In this document: positions 32,380 through 43,629 of the stretch, in pieces
Layout of the letters: every line of letters starts with the position of its first letter
Numbering within the stretch: the first letter of the stretch is position 1
Assembly (NCBI GenBank): GCA_907165135.1
Contig: OU015568.1
Location: 992,001 to 1,056,000 of the forward strand
DNA: 64,000 nt
Direction of reading: 5' to 3'
Origin: Oikopleura dioica
Lineage: Eukaryota > Animalia > Chordata
Notes under the pieces: generated by a model
What the model saw: only the letters and a program-made list of their open reading frames with translations
What the model was told of the DNA's origin: nothing
Database searches by the model: none
Program-made: the position numbers and the translations under genes

Positions 32380-34520
32380 TTGAAAATCTCTCAGTATGAC
32401 TTTACTGCAAATTTTCTATATTTTTTGTCGAGATCGGTTTTTGCTAGAGATTCTCAGCGATTTTGCCCTGAAGGGTGGACTTTGGGTCACTTAAAATGCT
32501 TCAGAATTATTCCTGAAATAACTAAAGGTACCGCAATGATACCATATTATCCCTCTAATCTTATGTCACCTTAAAAAGATACTAGAACCGAATGTATCCG
32601 TGAAAGATTTTTTAACGAAAAAACTGGAAAAAGCTGGTATGGTTTGAAGCTGAAAGAAGATCAATTCTCGGCAGCCAAAGAAGCATGCGCGATATTGGGG
32701 CAAAAACATAAAAACGGAAGAATTTTTACACCGAAATCGATTTGGGAACTCAATCAGTTATCAAAAATTGAAATCGTTGGCTTCAATTTTTCATCGTCCT
32801 CTTTCTGGACTGGTTACAGAATAAAAAATGTTGCTTCGGCTCGATTTCCTCCAATTTTGACAACGAAACCATAACCAGCTCTTCACAAAAGAAAACTGGC
32901 GGGCGAAAGCTTAGTTGATGATGATGTTGATTATGGAGTTGCCATATCGAAAAGAAGACACTACTCGAAAATGTTCAGCCAGCAATCGCGAAGAGAGCAG
33001 AGTTGGGCCTTGTTCAAAGACGAAATGCAACTCTAATTCGTGTAAAGAATGGCAGACTTTACTTTACTGGAGCAAGATTGAAGAGTTCAAGCGTCAATAT
33101 TCTGTGCGAAATCGAGAGCTATCCGGCGATTTTCGCAAATGAAGAGTTCTTCTTTCATGACAAAGCTTCCTGAAGATCAGATGAAGGACTGACGAGACAG
33201 AGTAGATTCCGCAAAGATCAACTTGATTGTGGTCGGAGCCCATTAGCAGCAAGTCAATACATCAATTCTGAGATTCGGATTGCGGCACAAGCTATGGAAG
33301 AGCCTTACGTCTGTAGAAAAGATGAAGGGTGTAAGTTTCGAAATGCAAATCGATTTTCTCCGCCTTATCGTAATATAATATTTTGTAGCTATGCTAAGCC
33401 ATCCATATCCCGGAACTTGCGATATTTGCCGTCAATGGCCCATTGACAATGGGTAAAAGTATTTTATTAATCATTATCTATTATTTCAGCGAGCATAAAA
33501 TATGTTTCAAACAACGGACTCGAGCACAAATGTGGGGCAACAGTTATTTCATCTTGCTGGGTCTTGACTGCAGCTCATTGTTTTCAAGGGAATTTGTGGA
33601 TGTGGAGGGATGGAAAGCATGTTTTGAATAAACAAGAAATACTGCAGCATTACCGGGTTCATGTGGGGACAGAAGCTTTGCTGCATAATACTTGGCATGT
33701 TGATAAAATTATGGATAACTTTCAAAACTTGAGAATCAAGGATGTTTTATTTATCCAGTAGTTCCTTAAATTAAACCCCGATAACGATTTTGAAGGAATT
33801 TACTCCTGATGAAATGAAATACAACGATATTGCTCTCCTTCGCCTGTGGCCGCAGAAAAGTCCGTCGAACATTCCTGATAATGATTTGAGCAAATGTATT
33901 CAATTTCAAGGTCCTGTTCAGTTTTATGGCCGTAAAAATCAGGATGAAATGACTGCAAACGAATATAAACAACCTGTTTGCGTGTCCAAAAATCCGACAT
34001 TTGATGAAAACGATTATTGAAAAGGATTCAAGAAGACGATATTTTCGTTCAAAAGTTTATTCAATTTGTCTCTATTTGTTATTTTAGTATTGTAAAAACT
34101 CTTGAATCTCTTGTTTGCCTTATTGCTGGCTGGGGACATACAGAACAAGGAAGGATATTGGCAAGACAGCTTCATTTTGGAGATGTTAATTTGAAGGACT
34201 TCAATGAATGCAAGAAGAGCTACCAGATTGAGTACAGATTTTCTCTAAATGAAAGTCATATCTGCGCTTCTGGTGATAGAGTGGATGCATGCGAGGGAGA
34301 TTCTGGCGGACCCTTGATTTGCTTCAAGAGAAGTGCCGATTATCCGGGGACTGCTGGACTCTATGCTTTTCAAAGAGCGTATTTAGTAGGAATCACGAGT
34401 TTTGGCACATCATCCTGCAACGGAAGAGTGAGTTGAATACAAAATAATTCAATTCACCAGGAAAAGATGTGTATAATGAAAGATTTGACTGCTCAACAAA
34501 TCATTACCTCAGAGTAGATT
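32380..34520 (+). CDS. Modular trypsin-family serine protease with N-terminal C-type lectin-like domain
   Basis: FCPEGWTLGHLKCF...FSAAKEAC...FWTG (CTLD); CGATVISSCWVLTAAHC, NDIALLRL and DACEGDSGGPLIC (intact triad; Asp189-type DAC). Start and end approximate. Confidence 0.85.
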
Positions 34521-34576
34521 GCTAATAGTCTCTTTATTATCAGTAATTGTCCTTTTCTATTTCTTTTCTCACTTAA

Positions 34577-34937
34577 GGCTAGGATGGTCGATTTGGCCAA
34601 AGCAGAGCTCATAAACTCTGGACTTATGAATGCTAGAATACCAATTAATGGCTAAAAATAAAGATCTATCCTAGATCTTCTGAATAATAGAAGGTTTTTT
34701 TGTTCTGCGAAATTTCGGAGTTTTTAAGCCTTGAATATTGGCTATTTTCGCGATTTTGGCCGAGATGCCAACTTTGAAGCCTCTGGAAGTGATTTTTTTT
34801 CTTGGCAGAACAAAAAAAAAACCTTCTGTAATTCAGATCTAGGATAGATCTTTATTTTTAGCCATTACTTGGTATTCTAGCATTCATAAGTCCAGAGTTT
34901 ATGAGCTCTGCTTTGGGCCAAATCCACCACCCTAGCC
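34577..34937. mobile_element. TTAA-flanked MITE (family B) with ~100 bp TIRs
   Basis: TTAA|GGCTAGGATGGTCGATTTGGCC...GGCCAAATCCACCACCCTAGCC|TTAA. Confidence 0.9.
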
Positions 34938-35173
34938 TTAATTTAAAAAACAATGTCTCTCTCCTGTTAACGATGCTGAAATTTGCAAAATATCTTCAAA
35001 CAATGGCTCGACTTGCCGTGGCATCATGTAATAGGCTCGGTAATCTGTGTAGAAACCTGATTTAGGCCCTGAAGATTGATTCAGATTTGGTATAGTAGCT
35101 CTTTCGGATCCCTAAGTCAGTTTTCCACACAGGTTTTTGATCCCGAGACGCCAAGACGAGGTAGCCGACAGAC

Positions 35174-35604
35174 ATGGGTTTCTTGTTTGATTTATTCGGA
35201 AAAGAGGAACGACTGAATTGTCTCTGGTTTTTGAAACGAAATTATAACGAAAGGTATTTTCAAAAGCCAGATCGATAGAAACATAATATGAAAATGAAGT
35301 TTTTATGATTGAAAGCAGTGAAATATGATTTACTACTGTTTTGACATTTTAACAGTACTTGACGGAAGGAGTTTTTACAGTGATTTTCGATCGCGAAAGA
35401 GGAATATTTTGGATGAAGGTGGAACTAGTATTGGGTGTGGTTGGGATAGCGGTTGCGCGTCGAATACGAACTTTGAGCCATATTTACGGCGAAGGAACGC
35501 TGGAAAGAAGGATGCGACTGGAGGATGCGATCGCAGCTGTCTGCTTGGAGCAAGCGGTCGAAGGATGCAGCGTTGGGGTCGTTGTTCACGGCGGGGCTGA
35601 ATAA
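35174..35604 (+). CDS. Possible small uncharacterised spliced gene
   Basis: ATG exon MGFLFDLFGK... and GC-richer open segment 35349-35604, but exon phases could not be reconciled. Confidence 0.25.
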
Positions 35605-35777
35605 AATTGTCAAAATTAATTACATTTGTCCTTCCTGTCGTAAAAAGACCGAGAATGGGACCAACTGGATCCGGCAGTCAGGGTCATCCTTCGAGCCCTA
35701 GCTTTGTTACATCCAATGTCTCTGGAATGAAGGGTTACCTGCTTAAAAACTCAAAAGGTTCACCCCTCTCCGGTTAA

Positions 35778-36249
35778 CCCGTTAACTGGGCAGTCAATAT
35801 TAGGCGTTAACGGCCGCGAGGCCCTGAGACGGCCTCGCACATTTTGGCGTTTTCCGAGAAACAGGGCTGAGGAAATTCATTTCTAAGAAGACGAGATGAT
35901 TCACAAGCGTCTGCTCTTTCTTCTAAATGTTGTTTTTAAGTGTTTCTGATTCGTTCAGTGGTTGAAAACGGAGGTCAAAGTTACGTCACTTTTGGCGTTG
36001 AAATTCAGAAAAGGGAAAACGGGAGCGAATTGTATTACGCTTTCCCTTTTTTTCGAGGATTGAAGTTTTTCTTTCGCCTCCCATTGTCCGAATTTCAGGC
36101 CGATTTTTTTCCGGAATCAAACACACAGATAGAGAATCGATTGAAATTTTCAAAAATATAAAAATTTTTCATAAAAAATTGAGTCTACGCCTTTTTATCG
36201 CGCTCTAAAGGCGAAAAGGCCGTGAGAGGGCCTCGCGCCTGTTAACGGG
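35778..36249. mobile_element. piggyBac-like MITE
   Basis: TTAA|CCCGTTAAC...GTTAACGGG|TTAA with internal subterminal inverted repeat gcgaggccct..acggcct / aggccgt..agggcctcgc. Confidence 0.85.
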
Positions 36250-36382
36250 TTAAAGCCGTGGGTAGGGGTGAAGGGTGAGGGAAACTCGAAGGATAACCCC
36301 TTACTACAACTGTGTCAGTTGAAAACCTTAGTCAAGGATCCTCGCTCAGCGTCATGAAAGATCTTTCATACAAAGCAACAAC

Positions 36383-37508
36383 TTACAAATTTGCTTGATA
36401 ATGGAAATCTGCGTTGTCCTTGTAAAGTCGGCTTGTTTCGACTTCACGCGCTTTCTTGAATGCGAAGATAGAAGTTAAAAAGCCGATCGAGCAAAGAATG
36501 ATGATCAGCAGCAGCAGAACGACTTCCAGAAGACGGCCGAGTGTTACCGCTTCTTCGACAAAGAAAAGGGCATCTTCTTCGAACACTTAAAATCCTGTTA
36601 GACAAGATTGTAACGAAATGGACGTTGAAGAGAGAATATCGAAGGATATTCTTTGGCGAATATGAAGGCGCAAAATATAGATGCTTACCAATATTTTGCA
36701 ATTTTGGATGCGCGAGCAGATATGATTGTTTGTTCGTATTCGTGTACAGCGTTAAAATGTTCAGGAAAGTATTTTCTTTCTGTCTTTCCGTTTCGGTAAA
36801 AGTCGCGTTTACAAGGACTGGTTGAAAGCTCCTCGTCTTCTCCGCACGAACGAATTCTAGCTCTTCGTCGTCTGAGAAGAAGTTTGATCCGTCAGCAGAA
36901 GACTCAAAGTCACCAGAGCCTAAAGCTTCTTCTGGGAGTTCTTGAGCGCGGAGGGATTTGTCGTAGGGAAATTCAAGAGGTCCGATTTGAAGATAGAGCA
37001 GAAACAAGAACACATTCCATCCGATAAAGAGGGGCTAGAAAGAAAGATTGCTTATGAGCTGAATTGACGGGTTGGAGAACGAGAATTTGTTAAAGAAAGC
37101 CTGAGTCAAGGTCCTGAAGGACCTTGTCGAGGTTTAATGAATAAGCAGCTTTCTCTTAATAAAAAAGGAAAGACTGGGACCCGGATCAAGCGAAGCCGCG
37201 ACCCGCCTTTTCATTAACTCTCTTTCTGAATTGAGTCAGAAAACCCTGAAGGTCTTTCTCAGAGTGCCGAACCCAGCCTCAGAAGAAGCCAAAAGAGCAG
37301 TGATTATTACCTGAAGAAAAATGTAAACGGCGATGAGGGCAGAGTTGTGGCGATGAAGCGCGGAAAGTGTTAAAACGGCAAGGAGGATACAGGCTACAGT
37401 GATCACGAATGGAGTGAATTGGTCAGAGACGAATTGAAGAAGCTACAAGAGAAACATCAATTACGAATTCGTTTGAGACGGCTTACGGAAGAGAATGTCA
37501 AAACGCAT
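36383..37508 (-). CDS. Uncharacterised multi-pass membrane protein with acidic Ser-Gly-containing loop
   Basis: Hydrophobic segments FVITVACILLAVLTLSAL, ALIAVYIFLQVIITALL, PLFIGWNVFLFLLYLQIG and LLEVVLLLLIIILCSIGFLTSIFAF; loop EALGSGDFESSADGS. May be two genes. Confidence 0.5.
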
Positions 37509-37750
37509 ATCTGCGCTAGAATGACGATCGTGGCGTAAATGCTACACGCGTCGCGGCTTTTCTTTTCCATTCCTCAAAGTTTTCTTCTTCCCACTTTTTC
37601 AGTCGCCATTTCAGTCTAAACCAGCAAACTGGCATTTTGAAAATGTTTCAAGAAAAACTAAAGGCCCTTCAGTCGTATTATTCTTTTTATTTCTAAGAGC
37701 ACCAAGCAAGTAAAGTTGGCGAGTGAACTGAGTGACGCGAAAGAAAGAGA

Positions 37751-38263
37751 TTATTTTTTGCCGGATTTCTTGATGCCTCCAGAAGTGAGTGGCCCCTTGC
37801 CGCCTGCTTTCTTCGCCATATCGGCCATTTTCTTCTTTTCTTCACGCATTTTCTGCTGGTGCGCGATGTCATCTTCGTCCAACTCCTTTGGGCCCTGAAA
37901 AGGTGTGTAAAAACGGCGAAATAGGTAGGGTGAAATTGAACGAACCAAACTTTTCTTACAATGGTCGGAAAATATCTCGTCAACCTGTGTCCAAAGCCTG
38001 GGTGTCGTCCTGACTGAGGTTGCATGAAAAGCCGCGTAGCGGCTTTTTCGAAAACGAAGCCGCAAAGGAGCGTCGCCACAATAAGTAGCAGACAAAGATG
38101 ATAAATTCGGGGTATTTTTCAATCTCTTTGAGGCCCTTACATAGGTTATAGTCTATAACTTATAGACACGGGGTTCCGAGCCCATGGTCGGAAAGTAACA
38201 TTTGGTTCTTACCTTCTTCTTAGCTTTGAGGGGCTTTGCTTTGCCTCCTTGTCGACCACTCAT
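37751..38263 (-). CDS. TMA7: Translation machinery-associated protein 7
   Basis: Exon 38213-38263 MSGRQGGKAKPLKAKKK plus exon 37751-37894 GPKELDEDDIAHQQKMREEKKKMADMAKKAGGKGPLTSGGIKKSGKK*. Confidence 0.95.
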
Positions 38264-38540
38264 TTTCTTAGGAAACCTCTGAAGCCAATAGTGTTAATTC
38301 GAATTAAGGATAGTATAGTAGAATAAATTTAGTAGAAAAGGTAATAAAATTGCTAAACAGTTAATTTGAAATTGTACTTTAATCTGTTAAAATGTTTTCT
38401 TATGAATCTGCGGAAGATAGAGTACATACAGTACATACAATAAATAATCAAGTGTTCAATTCTCTAATTTGTTATTTCGGAAATTTCTTCTTTTTTTCCT
38501 CTCTTTAGGATTTGAAATTAATTTCACGCGGGGGAAATGA

Positions 38541-38780
38541 ATGGACGCGCGCCGATTGGCTGCTGTGAATCGAACCAATTTTGGAATTTCAATCAAGAAA
38601 CCGAAGAACAGCTCAATGAGTAGCACTAACTGGTTGTTTTACTCAAAGTCACCACCCCAAATCTCCGAATTGATCGATTCAGATCATTTTACAGATGATA
38701 ATACAGATGTGGGTTGGAACGAGTTAGAGTATGAGTTAGAGCAATTTACTCAGGATTCCTTGCTCATGAGAGTCATTTGA
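38541..38780 (+). CDS. Possible uncharacterised 79-aa ORF
   Basis: Single ATG-initiated ORF divergent from TMA7; no recognised motif. Confidence 0.25.
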   Translation: MDARRLAAVNRTNFGISIKKPKNSSMSSTNWLFYSKSPPQISELIDSDHFTDDNTDVGWNELEYELEQFTQDSLLMRVI

Positions 38781-38908
38781 TGAGGAGAGTCACTAGGTCA
38801 GACGCTCCTGACTAAATGGCTCCTGCCCAGCTCCAACTCGTCTTAACCCACTTCTGTAGTATCGTATGTAAAAGAAGCTTAGTTGATTAGCTCAGAGATT
38901 GGCGCGGG

Positions 38909-38990
38909 CAGGGTTTGAAATGTCTGATCATGAGCAAGTCGTGCTCAGTCCTGCTCATGCTCAGCCAAAATTTTGATTTTTCAAACCCTG
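38909..38990. mobile_element. 82-bp micro-MITE with hAT-like termini
   Basis: TIR cagggtttgaaa / tttcaaaccctg; internal tgctca motifs; no clear TSD. Confidence 0.55.
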
Positions 38991-39113
38991 GGTACCGTTA
39001 ATCTTTTTTAACTTTAAAAAATGGAATGTAATGACTAAAAATAGGCTCAGGATGATTAGGCCAGCGAGCATGTTTTAAAAGCTGAACACCACCAGGTCGC
39101 TACAAACCAAAAA

Positions 39114-39437
39114 ATGATTCGACTTGCAAAAAGTGAAAGCCAGAAAAAATTGATCAAAAGGGCTGCCAAAAAACTTTCCCGAAAAGCCGCTAGAAAACGG
39201 GCTGAGCCAAAATTTTACGAAGTCAGAAAAGCGTTGAGCCCAAAAGAGCGTTGTTTTTGCACGAAGCTGCCGAAATGGCTTGTTTATTTGCAAAAATTCA
39301 AGACTTTTTCGAAGCATAATTTCAAAGGAGCAGTTGATATTAAATGCAGGGAAGAATTACTGTACTACAAACTGGTTGAAGAATCATTACTGTATGAAAA
39401 AGACGAAATTATTTTGTGCGAACATGATTATTTTTGA
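39114..39437 (+). CDS. Possible uncharacterised basic 107-aa ORF
   Basis: Lys/Arg-rich N-terminus (KKLIKRAAKKLSRKAARKR); no recognised domain. Confidence 0.3.
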   Translation: MIRLAKSESQKKLIKRAAKKLSRKAARKRAEPKFYEVRKALSPKERCFCTKLPKWLVYLQKFKTFSKHNFKGAVDIKCREELLYYKLVEESLLYEKDEIILCEHDYF

Positions 39438-40302
39438 AATAAAGAAGAAAAGCATCATTATTGACGTTCAAGTTCTTCGATCTGTCTGACTGATGATGGT
39501 ATTCGTTTCTGAATTCGCAGGTGCGGGAATGATGATTGAACGGTACCTAACGTGCTCGAATAATAGTTAGCGCGACTCGAGCAAATACCACAGCTGCAGG
39601 GTTTTCAAATTCCGGGGCCATGCATCTTTGCCAGAAAACATCGCTATTTTTTCTTGCGCTTACTCGAATTGCTTCAGATTGAGTCAGAGCCGACAAACGA
39701 TACGAAGCCCCTAGAATAGCAGTAAAGATGAGGAAATGCTGACAGGTCGGAATTCCTTCCGTCTCAACCTGTCAAAGGAGGAGTCTCCTTTGCGGTAATT
39801 GTGGACCGCGTCTGCTCAAATCTATTTTCGGTTTCTCCCCACCCAGAAACTATCGTTCACGGAAAATGCGTTTTTAATCTAAAAAAGCAGCAACCACTTA
39901 TCCAAGAGCTCGAGATAAGGTTTTTCATCGGAAGGTGGCAATTTACTTACCCGCGTGGCCGATTCAAGTGTCCCTTCCCCACCCTACCAAGAACTACAGC
40001 TCAACTCATTTCACTCCTGCATTTTCACGTCATTTTCAAATGAAAAGAAAAAGCTTGCAAATGGCAGAAAAGAAAATTGAGTGCCAAGATCAAAATTGTC
40101 AGACCTGTCCAAGGCTTAATCAGATTATGTTTACGTTTTAACCGGATTTCGACCACGTTTTCTGGCAATTTGAAATCGTTTACGTTTCAAAATTATTGTC
40201 GAAAAATTTACCTCAGGAAAAATAAAACCTCAAAATCGCGCCCTAAAAACACGCAGGTTCCATGTCCAGGTCAATTCGCACGAATTTCTTTGCAGAAAAA
40301 AG

Positions 40303-41029
40303 CGGATACACGACGTTTTCAGCATACCGACGTTTTCAGCAACCGACGTTTTCAGCATAACGATGTTTTCAGCGCCGCTGAATTCGTCGGTTTGCTGAAA
40401 ACGTCGGTTTGCTGAAAACGTCGTTTTTCACCTGAAAACGCGTGGGCGTTTAGAGAGGCAATCATTTTATCAAACTACATCTGAAAACGATATTTCCGTA
40501 AATCGTAAAATAACATAAAATCGATGTAATATTAATGAATCATTTACAAAAGATTATATTTAACAAAATTATTATTTTTATCTTTTTCAATATTGATTTA
40601 TCATTATTTTCATTGTTTTAAAACAGATTCACGAAACTAGATAATACGTTTATACTGTAAACTTTCTGGTGATTTATAGTGACTAATGATTATTATGATA
40701 ATAATGTATTAAGAAGTAATTTAGCTAATTCTTACATTTTTCTAAATAATGCATAATAATGTTTTCTAAATAATGCATTCTTAATGACTCATTTAGAAAT
40801 GCTTTTAAACTATTAACTAGCCAATTAAATTGCGAGAACCTCGCCTTTAGATCCATTTGGTTTGAAAATTTCGTTCCGGCAAACGCCCACGCGTTTTCAG
40901 GTGAAAAACGATGTTTTCAGCAAACCGACGTTTTCAGCAAACCGACGAATTCAGCGGCGCTGAAAACGTCGTTATGCTGAAAACGTCGGTTGCTGAAAAC
41001 GTCGGTATGCTGAAAACGTCGTGTATCCG
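40303..41029. mobile_element. Foldback element with ~150 bp TIRs built of GCTGAAAACGTCG repeats and an AT-rich core
   Basis: cggatacacgacgttttcagc... / ...gctgaaaacgtcgtgtatccg; candidate 6-bp TSD aaaaag on both sides. Confidence 0.9.
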
Positions 41030-41552
41030 AAAAAGCGGGCAAATCGTGAGCGCGTTGAGATAAAACCGTATTTTTAGAGGCGGGCCGAGGGTTTTAACTG
41101 AATCGCCAACCGGATCAGCTTTCAGATACAAATAGGTGCATCCCTAGTTTCACAAGTAGACAACGTGTCTGGCAAAATTGCGAAATTTTCCGGAAACTCA
41201 AGTGCTTTTTGGTCAAAAAGCTAAACTGAAATTTATTTGGGCGAAAATGCGATTTTTATTTATAAAAAAACACTAGACATTTTCCTTGATTTCATCACGA
41301 AGAAAAATGAAATCTACACTTTTAACCATAACACTTAGAGCAAAACCCAAATTCAAACTTAAGCTCGAACCCTAACCCTTCTTTTTTTATCAAATTTTCG
41401 CTGATAAGGACAGATTTGCCGTCATCTCGACTCAAAAATGAAGAGTTTTCAAAATCCAGTCTCTCGCGCGCCCTCCGCGCTTTTCATGAAACCTCCGTCT
41501 TCGAGGGATTCGCGCTCGACCGTTGTCTTTCAATTATTCTTTTTTCTGAAAA

Positions 41553-43262
41553 ATGAAAATCTTCAATTTTTTCTCGATTTCTTCGATTTTTGCAAATGAA
41601 GTGAGGACGTTTCAAAATGACATTTGCGAGGAGCCCGTTTGGATGAAATTGAATGGCAAAGAAGAGAGGTTGATTCAAAGCCAGTTTCCCGGACAGAGAA
41701 ATGTTCAACTCGAGATGCAGGAGCAGAGATGCAAGTTTTGTGGAGACGATTTGGTCGAAATGTTCAAGAGACGTTGTTGCGGAGCTTCAGGTAATTAAGA
41801 ACCCCCCCCTCCCCCGTCAACGATTTTCCTCAAAAAATCGAAAATCTCAAAACAGCCATATTTTGGCTTCTGAGTATGTCTGGAAGTTAAATTTATCATA
41901 AAAACTTGTTAGAAGCTCTTCTGGACCAATTAAAATCTAAAATATAGGCAAAATTGGGACTTTTTTGTCATTTTTCGTCAAAAAGTCCAATTTTCAAACG
42001 CGATTTTGAGGGTCTTAGAGTCGAGATAGACGCCCAAAAAATGAAGCCTCAAAATCGTTTTTTGACCTGTAGAATCCATTTCAAAATTTTGAAATTCCGA
42101 AAATAGATTTTTCGAAAATTGTTGACGGGAGGGGGGGGGGGTTCCTTAAAGCGATTAAAAAAATTAGTTCGAAAAATACCGCTAGAATATCTTATCTTAT
42201 TTCAGATGCAGAAAAGCTGATAGAATTTTAGATTTCATAGAAAATAAAAAGGCTTATGGTTTTTTTGAAAATAAAATGAAATGAAATGATGAGTACCAAT
42301 CATCTACCGTGGCAAAAATTTGATCTACGAGATAAAAATCTTCGTTATCTTTATCCTCTACCTAGTTCTCATGTAGATAAACTGAGTAGCGAAGATCATG
42401 ATAATATTCGATGTCAAATCTTCCGTTTCTGTACGAAGTACCTTTTTTTTAATTTGAATTTCGAGGCCACGCGGGTCGACAGATGAATTCCCATTTGAAT
42501 TTTCTTTTCAAACAAGGTCAAATAATATTCACTTTTCTTTTTTAGAAGAGCTCGTTGATCGGCTAAGACGCGATGTGCACATTGACGAATCGGACATTTT
42601 CAATCCCAGGTACATTTCTCTTCCACTTTTCTTGAATAACAAATTTGTTAGATTCATTCACACGCCTCCAGTTGAAAAGAGAAATCTCCAAGCTTCGAGT
42701 TGGAAGGGCCATGATTCGATTCACATCGAGCGACTTTCAGATGGATTCAAAATGGCGAAATGGGATGCCAATCAGTTTTTAAAGACTTGGAAACATACGG
42801 CGATCCCGAGAGCTGGCACAGGACTGGGTTTTTATAAGCCGACAGCGGACTTGAAGATAGTACCGCGAAGAGGATAAATTCAAGTTCATTTTCGCAGCTG
42901 ATTTTTCGATCCCCTGGATTGAGAATGAGAAAAAGGCGAAAAACAAGATTTTTTTCGTAACCATTTTTTTCTGAAAAATAAGATAGTGACACTCTTATTT
43001 AATAAATTACTTTTTAAAATTTCGAAAAATTAATAAAAGAAAACAAAAATATTTTTCAAATTTCGACTCGAATTTTCCCTCTTTCAGCGAAAAACCCGAA
43101 AAAGTCCGATCGTCCCTGTACAATGAGTGTTGTGGAGACTCCTCCTGTTCTTCTCAAAAAATCCTCGATTCTTCCATCAACCAAGAATGCTGCGGCGTCG
43201 GCTGCAGATACGAAGAGGTTCTAGAAACCTGCGGCGCTGTTAAATGGGTGCCAATGAAATAA
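41553..43262 (+). CDS. Insulin/relaxin-superfamily peptide precursor with extra cysteines
   Basis: Signal MKIFNFFSISSIFA; B-chain CGDDLVEMFKRRC (C-x11-C); A-chain CCGVGCRYEEVLETC (CC-x3-C-x8-C) in last exon 43088-43262. C-peptide exon junctions only partly resolved. Confidence 0.8.
41799..42145. mobile_element. Kolobok-like MITE (family A) in intron 1 of the insulin-like gene
   Basis: TTAA|GAACCCCCCCTCCCCCGTCAAC...GTTGACGGGAGGGGGGGGGGGTTCC|TTAA, starting 8 nt after the splice donor. Confidence 0.9.
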
Positions 43263-43629
43263 TGCCCTTTAAATTTTCTGTACATAAATTAAAATAAAAA
43301 GTTTCAAAGTTCAAAAACTTTTTTCTTTCTAAATTCCGCTGAGGGAGAAAAATGCAAATTTTCATCCAAGAAATCAGACACATGTCTCGTGGTCGAAATG
43401 AAAGAAAGACGCTCTGCGAAATTTTGCGGTCGGTTCGTGTAATTGGCGATTTTAATGAAGAAGCGAGACTCTTTTTTTTTATTCCCTAATGATATCATAT
43501 TTGGATGATTTTGAAAAAGGACTCAAGGAATTTATGAATAAGTGGGAATGAATTTTGAGCAATTATGCAGACATATATTACATATGATATGTATCACTAA
43601 TACAATATTAGGCAGACAGGTATTCAAGT

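Noticed and set aside
37895-38212. Intronic snoRNA in the unusually long (318 nt) TMA7 intron
   Set aside because: Hairpins are present, but no convincing C/D boxes or H/ACA arrangement; needs a covariance-model (Rfam) search.
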